DNA of 64,000 nucleotides from Dehalococcoidia bacterium (GTDB taxonomy: Bacteria > Chloroflexota > Dehalococcoidia > Bin125). The position numbers and the translations under genes are program-made. The DNA is taken from positions 1,568,001-1,632,000 of the forward strand of contig OY820591.1 of NCBI GenBank assembly GCA_963555985.3, written 5' to 3'. Position 1 is the stretch's first letter; each line of letters begins with the position of its first letter. Shown here piece by piece: positions 56,712 to 64,000 of this stretch. Below the pieces are notes generated by a model. The model made no database searches. It was not told the DNA's origin and was given only the letters and a program-made list of their open reading frames with translations.

Positions 56712-57626
56712 TTAGTGAGTGAGTTGGCTGAGCCGGGTGATCGTGATCGGCTCCGGCTGCGACTTAGCGTAACGTCGCACGAGTCCGGCCATCACGTTTC
56801 CGGGGCCGAGCGTGAGGAATCGGCGAACGCCTTGCTGATAGAGAGTCTCCAGGGCGTCGTACCACTCGACCGGGCGTGTGTATTGCCCGCGAAGCTCCTC
56901 TCGCAACTGCTCTGGCGACTGGATCAGTTGGCCGCAGTGGTTACCGACGATTGGAGTGAATTCGTCTGCCAGTTGCAGCCGATCGATGAGCACCCGATTA
57001 GCGCGGTCCGACGAGCGGAAGACGGGCGTGTGAAACGCCCCTGCGACTCGCAGAGCGACGGCTTGCACGCCCCGCTCCGGCGCACGCCCTGCCGCGCGCG
57101 CGAGCGCGCGCTCCGATCCGCCCAAGACTGTCTGATCGGACGCATTGTGGTTCGCCAGCACAGCCCCGCTCTCGCTGGCGATCGCTTCGGCTGTTGCCCG
57201 ATCGGCGCCGACGAGCGCGAGCAGACCGCCCGGGTGATCGAGGCAGTCACGGTCCATTGCCCGGCCGCACTCATAAGCGAATCGCAGCGCAGCCTCCAAA
57301 GAGGTCGCGCCGGACAGGGCAATGGCGCTGTTCAACCCGCTGGAGTGGCCCGTCACGCAGGCGATCCGATCGTCGATCCGATCTTGCGCAGCTGCATACT
57401 CCGTTGCCGCCCAAGCGATCAGGTAGGGCTGTAGGAGCGACGGCCGTCTGAGCGCGGTGACATCGGCCGGCTCTGAGCTTTGGCCTAGCTGCCAGAGATT
57501 GCGGTTCACGATCTCGGAGGCGAGATCGAACGAAAGACGGAAGCGAGCCGGGAGATCGGCCAAATCAGCGAGGCCGCCGGGCCGTTGCGCACCTTGACCG
57601 GGACAGATGAGAACAGCGTCAGTCAT
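56712..57626 (-). CDS. fabD: Malonyl-CoA:ACP transacylase family protein
   Basis: Motifs PGQGAQ, GHSSG, VAGAFHT, PVEW and GPGNVMAGL. Confidence 0.8.
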   Translation of the reverse strand: MTDAVLICPGQGAQRPGGLADLADLPARFRLSFDLASEIVNRNLWQLGQSSEPADVTALRRPSLLQPYLIAWAATEYAAAQDRIDDRIACVTGHSSGLNSAIALSGATSLEAALRFAYECGRAMDRDCLDHPGGLLALVGADRATAEAIASESGAVLANHNASDQTVLGGSERALARAAGRAPERGVQAVALRVAGAFHTPVFRSSDRANRVLIDRLQLADEFTPIVGNHCGQLIQSPEQLREELRGQYTRPVEWYDALETLYQQGVRRFLTLGPGNVMAGLVRRYAKSQPEPITITRLSQLTH

Positions 57627-57701
57627 GCGGTTGCCGCGCGCATCCACGCGGTAACTCGAAGCACAGCTGCCGTGTGGCCGGGTCGGCGCACAGGAGCTCG
57701 G

Positions 57702-58094
57702 CTAAGACTTGTGATGATCGGGGCCCATGTCGGTGAGCTCGATAATGTTGCCGTCCGGGTCGGTGCAGAACGCGGCCCAGATGCCATCGTTGGGCCGCTG
57801 CGACGGCTCGCGCATGATCGCGACGCCGCCAGTGCGCAGGCGTTCGACTTCGCTATGGAAGTCGTCGGTGGGGATGTAGAGCGCGAAGTGGGGACCGATC
57901 CCCTCGGAATCCTGGTCGAGTTCACGCTGCATCAGGTGCAGCTGCAAGGCTCCCACCTCGTACCAGGCGCCCGGGAAACCGAAGTCAGGGCGGTCGATCT
58001 CGGGCAGGCCAAGCTGCGCGCCGTAGAATTCTCTGGACGCTTCAACATCGGAGACACAGATGGCGACGTGGCTGTATCCGGCGACTGCGGGCAT
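57702..58094 (-). CDS. VOC (glyoxalase) family protein
   Basis: Motifs HVAICVSDVEASREFY and DPDGNIIEL. Confidence 0.9.
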   Translation of the reverse strand: MPAVAGYSHVAICVSDVEASREFYGAQLGLPEIDRPDFGFPGAWYEVGALQLHLMQRELDQDSEGIGPHFALYIPTDDFHSEVERLRTGGVAIMREPSQRPNDGIWAAFCTDPDGNIIELTDMGPDHHKS

Positions 58095-58204
58095 GACGGA
58101 CCTCTCAGACTGCGCGAAACGTGTAATTTTGAGACTGATGATACACATTCAGGAGCGCTGGTCGGCGCAAGCGCGATCCGGCCCGCAAGGGGAAGGCGGA
58201 GCGG

Positions 58205-59677
58205 ATGTCTGAGTTGCGCTGGGAACCGCCGGGCGGCAGCTCCAGCCGTGGACCCGCCGAGGCGTCAACGAGCGACGATGGGCGCGGTCCGAGCCGGTGG
58301 TCCGTCTGCTTGCTCGTGTTCGTGATGTTGGGCGCGGCATTCGCGCTAGGCGTCGGCGTCATGCGCGTAATCGACGAAGACGACGGCTACGGGCAGTTCC
58401 TTCGCAGTTCGCGCGGCGGCGAGATCATGACTCCGGTCCCGGCGGCTGTTGAGACTGATGAAGAGCAATCGTCCGAACGAGGGCCTGTGGTTGAGTCGCG
58501 TGAGGCACGCGCATCGCGGTTCTCGTTGCTTGATGAGATCTACGACGTGCTCGACCGCGACTTCGTCGACCCCGAGAAGTTCGAGTCGATCGACGCTCGC
58601 AAGGCTGCGATCCAGGGCGTCATCGACGCGCTCGAGGATCCGCACACCGTCTTCATTGACGCGGAAGACTACCGCTTGTCCAGTGAGGACATCGGCGGTT
58701 CGTTCGAGGGCATCGGCGCGACAGTGCAAGAGATCGACGGCCAGATCGTGATTTCTCGACCGTTCAAGGGATCGCCGGCGGAACAAGCCGGAATCCGAGC
58801 GGGGGACATCATCCTGGAAGTGAACGGCGAGTCCACCGAGGGCTGGTCGATTCAGTTCGCAGTCCAGGTGATCCGCGGTCCCAAGGGCACGGATGTCGAA
58901 CTACTCGTGCGGCACACCGACGGCACTGAGGAGCTCATCGTGATCACGCGCGATCGCATTGTGGTGCCAAGTGTGGGTTCGATTGCGATCACCGATCGAT
59001 CCGGTCAGCCGGTGGCAGACATCGGCTTCATCTACATCACACAATTCACCGAGCGCACGCGAGATGAGTTGATTGAGCTTCTCGACGCGGCGAACAACGC
59101 CGGCTTGACCAAGCTGATTATCGACCTGCGCGGCAATCCCGGAGGCCTGTTGCGGGCGACAGTCGATACGGTCGGCGAGTTCATCGATAACGGCGTGATT
59201 CTGCGCCAGATCAATCGCGACGGCAGTGAGGAAGTGTTCCGCGACGAGGCCGGCGGCACGGGCATCGAGCTCGAGTTGGCCATTCTGATCGACCGCGGTT
59301 CCGCCTCAGGTTCGGAGGTCATGGCGGCTGCGCTGCGCGACTATGGCCGCGCGGTGTTGATCGGTGAGACGACCGCAGGCAAGGGCACGGTCAACGTCGG
59401 GCGGCGGCTGTCCGACGGCAGCGTGCTCTACGTGAGCATCGCTCGTTATGTCTCGCCCGAAGGCGATCAGGTCGAGGGCGTTGGCGTCGTGCCCGACATC
59501 GAAGTCGTACAACCTGAGACTGGGTTCGAGGCAGAGCTGGATGTCGTCCTGCAAACCGCGATCGACTACCTCCGGGGCGAATGGTCGCCTGCTCCGTCCA
59601 ATCAGCAGCCTGCCGAGTCAGCGGACGAGATTGACGCTGAGGGCGCAGAGGCGGCCGAAGAAGAACCAGAGGAGTAG
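58205..59677 (+). CDS. C-terminal processing peptidase, S41 family (CtpA-like)
   Basis: PDZ (GIGA, GSPAEQAG), DLRGNPGG, SASGSE and GKG. Confidence 0.92.
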   Translation: MSELRWEPPGGSSSRGPAEASTSDDGRGPSRWSVCLLVFVMLGAAFALGVGVMRVIDEDDGYGQFLRSSRGGEIMTPVPAAVETDEEQSSERGPVVESREARASRFSLLDEIYDVLDRDFVDPEKFESIDARKAAIQGVIDALEDPHTVFIDAEDYRLSSEDIGGSFEGIGATVQEIDGQIVISRPFKGSPAEQAGIRAGDIILEVNGESTEGWSIQFAVQVIRGPKGTDVELLVRHTDGTEELIVITRDRIVVPSVGSIAITDRSGQPVADIGFIYITQFTERTRDELIELLDAANNAGLTKLIIDLRGNPGGLLRATVDTVGEFIDNGVILRQINRDGSEEVFRDEAGGTGIELELAILIDRGSASGSEVMAAALRDYGRAVLIGETTAGKGTVNVGRRLSDGSVLYVSIARYVSPEGDQVEGVGVVPDIEVVQPETGFEAELDVVLQTAIDYLRGEWSPAPSNQQPAESADEIDAEGAEAAEEEPEE

Positions 59678-59714
59678 CCTGTCGCCGAACGCACACGGCC
59701 GGAAGGAACACGTG

Positions 59715-60563
59715 ATGACCTCAGACAGCAACGGATGGGCACGGCCTGAGCTGATCTGCGAAACCGACTGGCTGGCCGAGCACCTCGACGACGAAGACCT
59801 CGTGGTGCTCGACTGCGATCTGCTGGACGCTTACCTGCGTCTGCACATTCCGGGCGCTGTCTGGTCCGTGTCGCGCTATTGGAAGTCCGATCCGCGCGAC
59901 GATTCGCAGATCTACGGACTCGAAGATCCCGAGCAATTCGCCCGGCTGCTCGGGCGTATGGGGATTGGTCCCGACACGCAAATCGTCGGGTACGACGGCT
60001 CCGGCAGCCTCTACGCAGCTCGCGTCTGGTGGACCTTCAACCGCTACGGCCACACCAATTTCAAGATTCTGCACGGCGGACTCGACAAGTGGTACGCCGA
60101 GGGCCGCCCGCTGGTGAACACGAACTTCAGGCCCAGTCCAGTCGAATACCCGGTTCCGGCTGCGCCGCACGATGAATCCATCTGTCGCCTGTCGGATATT
60201 CCCGAGGCGCTGGACGACGACTCACACGTGTTCTGGGACGTCCGCTCGGACGGCGAGTGGACCGGCGCGAACAAGCGGGGCACGCAGCGAGGCGGCCGGA
60301 TTCCAGGCGCGGTGCATCTGGAGTGGCTGGATACCTTGCAATCACCGGTGCGGACCCTGAAACCGCCCTCGGAGCTGCGGGCGATGCTCGCCGACCTGGG
60401 GATCACGCCGGACAAGACGGTCACTACCTATTGACAGGGCGGCATCCGTGCGGCGCACGGATACTGGTTGCTCCGCCTCCTCGGTTTCGACAACGCGCGG
60501 AACTACGACGCATCCTGGCACGAGTACGGGAACGCGCTCGATCATCCGATTGAAACCGAGTAG
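59715..60563 (+). CDS. Two-domain rhodanese/sulfurtransferase (SseA-like), probable selenoprotein
   Basis: Motifs HIPGAV and GRIPGAV; VTTY-TGA(60432-60434)-QGGIRAAH...NYDASWHEYG continues in frame to TAG 60563; the TGA occupies the catalytic Cys position. Confidence 0.88.
60444..60462 (+). promoter_or_regulatory. Candidate bacterial SECIS hairpin
   Basis: ATCCGTGC-GGC-GCACGGAT begins 9 nt after the in-frame UGA; the loop starts with G. Confidence 0.6.
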
Positions 60564-60614
60564 GGCTGCGAGCGTTTGGTCGCAGCCACAGCCCCGCCTC
60601 TGAGCGTCGAAGTC

Positions 60615-61811
60615 CTATCCCTCGATCAGTTCGAGCAGGGCTGCTTCGACTTCCTCGAATGGCGCGAATGCCTCGAAGCGTGCGTGAACTCGGCCGGCGG
60701 CGTCAACGACGAACGTCCACTCGTCCGTGTGCAGGCCCCACTCTTCGAGGATCGGCGTCTCGATCGGGAGTTCCCCAAGCTTGACCGCCTCAGGGTTCTC
60801 ATAGAGGTCGATGTGGATGTAGTTCACGCCGGTTGGGTAGCGCTCGCGCAGCTCTGAGAGCACTTGCGCCTGCGGACCGCAGAATGCGTTCGTGCAAAAT
60901 CCCGGCGAGGCGAAGACGACGATGAAGGGCTGGCCGGCGGTAATCGCGTCCTCCACGGTGAGCAAGTAGAGGCCGGGGTCAGGCTCGTCGCCAGTCGAGA
61001 GGTCGCCGATGTTCGGGACCGTGAGGATGGTGCGATTCTGCGAGGGCGGGGCTGCGTCTCCGACCGACGGCGAGGACGTGTCCGCCGCTACGTGCACAGC
61101 GATCGCGACGGTCTGGAAGCCATCGCTGTGCGGTATGGACATAACGAACGCCCAGCGCCCGGGTTGATCGAAGTTCACTTCGGCCACGTGGAAGCCGCGT
61201 ACGCCGTCTGGGAACCGGCTGAAACGCGCAACGATATCCTGAACCATCGCCGGATCGTCCTGAGACATGGCGGTGACGCCGATCGCAGGAAACTCAATCA
61301 ATCCTTCCGGTCCCTCGATCACGACCGAGATACGGTGGAAACCGGGGCTGAGATCGGGCGTTCCGAGCGCGACGGTGTAGCCGCCGGGGTGGATATACAC
61401 CGGATAACCGGCATCGCTGAGCAACTGGAGGCGCGGGCTGAGACTGTCGTAGTCGGCTGGCTCAATTACCGCTACTGCATCACCCGGACCCATGCCCGCG
61501 CCGTCGCCCGAAGCGGACTCTGTCGCTTCCTGAGCCGATTCGGGTTCCGGCTGCTCAGTCTGCCGCTGCTCGGCCTGTGCTTGGCCTTCTTCTTCAGACT
61601 GGGCGGCCTGTGCCGGTTCCGCACGCTGAGTGGTACCAGTTGCGGGGGACGTCGTCGTGGTGGTCGTTGTCGTGGCCGTCTCGGCGTCAGCGGGCTGTTC
61701 CTGCTGTCGTTGAGTCTGGTCATCGCCGCCGCTCGAACAGGCGGCGAGCGCTACAGCGGCCGCGACGGCCACTGCCACAGCAGCGCCGCGCAGAAAAGTC
61801 GATGTGCGCAT
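60615..61811 (-). CDS. Lipoprotein with a C-terminal thioredoxin-like domain
   Basis: Lipobox LAAC; low-complexity linker; FASPGFCTNAFCGP. Confidence 0.78.
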   Translation of the reverse strand: MRTSTFLRGAAVAVAVAAAVALAACSSGGDDQTQRQQEQPADAETATTTTTTTTSPATGTTQRAEPAQAAQSEEEGQAQAEQRQTEQPEPESAQEATESASGDGAGMGPGDAVAVIEPADYDSLSPRLQLLSDAGYPVYIHPGGYTVALGTPDLSPGFHRISVVIEGPEGLIEFPAIGVTAMSQDDPAMVQDIVARFSRFPDGVRGFHVAEVNFDQPGRWAFVMSIPHSDGFQTVAIAVHVAADTSSPSVGDAAPPSQNRTILTVPNIGDLSTGDEPDPGLYLLTVEDAITAGQPFIVVFASPGFCTNAFCGPQAQVLSELRERYPTGVNYIHIDLYENPEAVKLGELPIETPILEEWGLHTDEWTFVVDAAGRVHARFEAFAPFEEVEAALLELIEG

Positions 61812-61816
61812 CGTGA

Positions 61817-63421
61817 TTACTCCCCGCCGAGGTATGAGCCGAAGGTGAATGCGAAAATCTGCAGCTGATCTGAGTTTGAGCGCAGTTTCAACTCGTGTCT
61901 ACTCCACACATCGAGCTTGACCAGCCGGTAGAGGTCGTTCGTTGTCACGCGAATGTACGAGCGTCCCTGGTCGTCCCAGCGAATGTGTTCCCCGGCCTCT
62001 TCGGACCGGAGCCAGCGACCGTCCATCTCAATGAAGACGTCGAACGGGTCTCCGTCCTCGGCGACGGTCAGCACCACATTGACGGTTCTGGCCTGGAAAT
62101 CGAACGCGAGATAGTCCTCGAGATTCTGGGTTTCGCGCGCGTGGACAATGGCCTCGGGTTCGTTGCGCCAGAGTCCCTGGAGATACCACTTGTGGTGCTC
62201 GCGCTGCTCGCGGGAAGTGTCGATGTCTTCGTAGAAGATGTCAGCGTTCGCCTGGAGGTAGTACTCGCCCTGAGCGGCGTACTGGACGCGACCGTAGTTC
62301 CGGTGCGTGCCCCCGTAGAGTTCGCGTGTCTGGCGGCCGCGATCCGGGTCTCTCACAGGCTCAACGGCGGTCGTGCCAAGCGGGATGCCTGAGACATCCC
62401 GGCCCGCGTCGATCAGCGCTTCACGGATGGCGACTTCGGTTTCGTGATAGTCGCCCTCGCCGAAGTGGAGGTAGCGCACATCCATCGTCGGGCCGATCAG
62501 ATACTTGGCCGGCCAGTAGCGATTGTTGAACGCGCGCCAGGTGCGGTAGTCGTCATCCTGGGGAACGCGGTACTGAATCCCGTACTGCGCGATCGCCGCG
62601 CGGATGTTGTCCGGGTCCTTCTCGAACTCGAACTCCGGCGTATGCACGCCGATGATGACTAGTCCGTGCTCGGCGTACTTGTCGTGCCATTCGGTCAGGA
62701 ATGGAAGGGTACGGATGCAGTTGATGCAGGTGTAGGTCCAGAAGTCAATCAGGACGACGTTGCCTTTAGCCAGTTCCAACGCGATCGAGGTCTCCTCGCC
62801 GTTCAACCAGCGAACGATCCCCGTGAGATCCGCGACGGTCGCATCCGCCGCGATCTCCTCGGCGCGAAGTCGGAGACGTTCGGTTTCACTTGGCCTTGGA
62901 TCGGGTTCTGGCTCGGTCTCAGCCTGCTCCGCTTCCTCCTCGTCCTCCGGCTGCATCGGTTCCGCTTGCTCTTGCGATTGCTGAGCCTGCGATGGCTCCT
63001 CTGCCTGCGACTGACCCTCCACAGGTTCGGGCTGTGTCTGTCCCTCGTCACTCGTATCGCTTGATGATTCGGCCTGCTGTTGCACCTGCCCGCCCGCGGT
63101 TGCCGCCTCTTGCTCCCCTTCCTGCGACTCCTGTGTGGTTGCGGCTCTCGCCTGCTGTGTCTGTGTCTCCGCTTGCTCATCGCTGCGGCTGACAGTCACG
63201 GACTCTTCAGCATCTTGCCGCTGCTCTGTCTCTGTTTCTGTTTGTTGTTCCGTCTGCTCAGTTGCCGCTGCTTGCGAAACAGCCGGCTGCGAGTCAACTG
63301 ATTCGCTTACTTGCTGATCGGTCTGGGATGTCTGTCTAGCTCCGGATTGTGACTCGTCCGAGCTGGAGCAGGCCGCGAAAAACAGGGCGATGCCGAGAAC
63401 AGCGAGGGTGAGGTATCTCAT
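61817..63421 (-). CDS. Lipoprotein redoxin (DipZ-like thioredoxin plus C-terminal domain)
   Basis: Lipobox FAAC; Q/E-rich linker; motifs DFWTYTCINC, GVHTPEF, NRYWPA and FGEGDY. Confidence 0.87.
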   Translation of the reverse strand: MRYLTLAVLGIALFFAACSSSDESQSGARQTSQTDQQVSESVDSQPAVSQAAATEQTEQQTETETEQRQDAEESVTVSRSDEQAETQTQQARAATTQESQEGEQEAATAGGQVQQQAESSSDTSDEGQTQPEPVEGQSQAEEPSQAQQSQEQAEPMQPEDEEEAEQAETEPEPDPRPSETERLRLRAEEIAADATVADLTGIVRWLNGEETSIALELAKGNVVLIDFWTYTCINCIRTLPFLTEWHDKYAEHGLVIIGVHTPEFEFEKDPDNIRAAIAQYGIQYRVPQDDDYRTWRAFNNRYWPAKYLIGPTMDVRYLHFGEGDYHETEVAIREALIDAGRDVSGIPLGTTAVEPVRDPDRGRQTRELYGGTHRNYGRVQYAAQGEYYLQANADIFYEDIDTSREQREHHKWYLQGLWRNEPEAIVHARETQNLEDYLAFDFQARTVNVVLTVAEDGDPFDVFIEMDGRWLRSEEAGEHIRWDDQGRSYIRVTTNDLYRLVKLDVWSRHELKLRSNSDQLQIFAFTFGSYLGGE

Positions 63422-63470
63422 GGGTTGAGCGTACCTCGTTAGCCGCCGGACGCATGGGCGGTCGATTCGC

Positions 63471-64000
63471 TCAAGCGCGGTCTTCAGCCCAAGCGCGAAT
63501 GAGCGTATGCGCGATTGCCATTGGGCCAGGCAATGAGAGCGCGCCATCCGGCAATCCGGGCTGACCCAGTTGCGCCGCCGGGCGATCAAGCGCTTCCAGG
63601 ATTTCGGGCCGCGTGAACCACTGCACATCGTCCATCTCGAACTCGTCGTAGTCGATCTCTGCGCTGCCCGCGTCGGCGTGACAGCCAATCATCAGCGAGG
63701 AAGGAAACGGCCATGGCTGCGAGGAGTGGTAGCGGACATTGATCGCCGCGATCCCCGACTCCTCCGCTACCTCGCGGCGCACCGCATCTTCGATCGACTC
63801 ACCGTGATCGATGAATCCAGCCAGGGCCGAGAACATACCGGCCGGCCAGGAGGCCTGCCGGCCCAGCAAACAGCGATCTCCCGCGGCGTCGATCACCACC
63901 GTGATCACGACCGGATCGGTGCGCGGAAAATGCTCGGCGGGACAGCCGATGCAACGACGGAAGATGCCGCCTTGGGCGGATTCGGTGGGCGCTCCGCAGA
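63471..64000 (-). CDS. nudC: NADH pyrophosphatase NudC, 5' end outside the window
   Basis: Motifs FPRTDPVVI, AGFIDHGESIEDAVRREVAEESG and SQPWPFPSSLM. Confidence 0.92.
   Translation of the reverse strand, partial: CGAPTESAQGGIFRRCIGCPAEHFPRTDPVVITVVIDAAGDRCLLGRQASWPAGMFSALAGFIDHGESIEDAVRREVAEESGIAAINVRYHSSQPWPFPSSLMIGCHADAGSAEIDYDEFEMDDVQWFTRPEILEALDRPAAQLGQPGLPDGALSLPGPMAIAHTLIRAWAEDRA

Noticed and set aside
60615-63421. Additional selenoproteins among the thioredoxin-like lipoproteins
   Set aside because: Their redox motifs (CTNAFC, CINC) use ordinary Cys codons.

Overview
A 64 kb, GC-rich bacterial chromosomal segment. The gene repertoire suggests Chloroflexota/Dehalococcoidia (SAR202-like), but this is inference only. 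Most of the window is catabolic or housekeeping: acyl-CoA enzymes, SDRs, a thiolase with a DUF35 partner, CoA-transferases, three MacB/FtsX-type ABC systems, and the repair genes alkA and nfo. I found no rRNA, tRNA or CRISPR array. The standout is a small accessory locus at about 37.7-40.4 kb. On the minus strand, an HNH-like nuclease ORF precedes a stand-alone 199-aa RAMP/Cas7-like protein. Seven nt after that protein's stop codon comes a perfectly phased 15-unit (NN-GGY) pentamer array that ends in a 9-bp UUCG-type hairpin. This is a candidate non-CRISPR RNA-guided system. It is flanked by a RelE-type toxin-antitoxin pair and by a DUF559 nuclease embedded in ~130-bp palindromic repeats. Other notable items: two probable selenoproteins (a peroxiredoxin and a rhodanese, each with TGA at the catalytic Cys codon); a two-copy MITE that inserts into hairpins; a dispersed family of 5/10-bp-periodic intergenic elements near LexA-like boxes; a giant repeat-expanded membrane-fusion protein; a lower-GC 1070-aa surface protein gene; and an aldo/keto reductase pseudogene.
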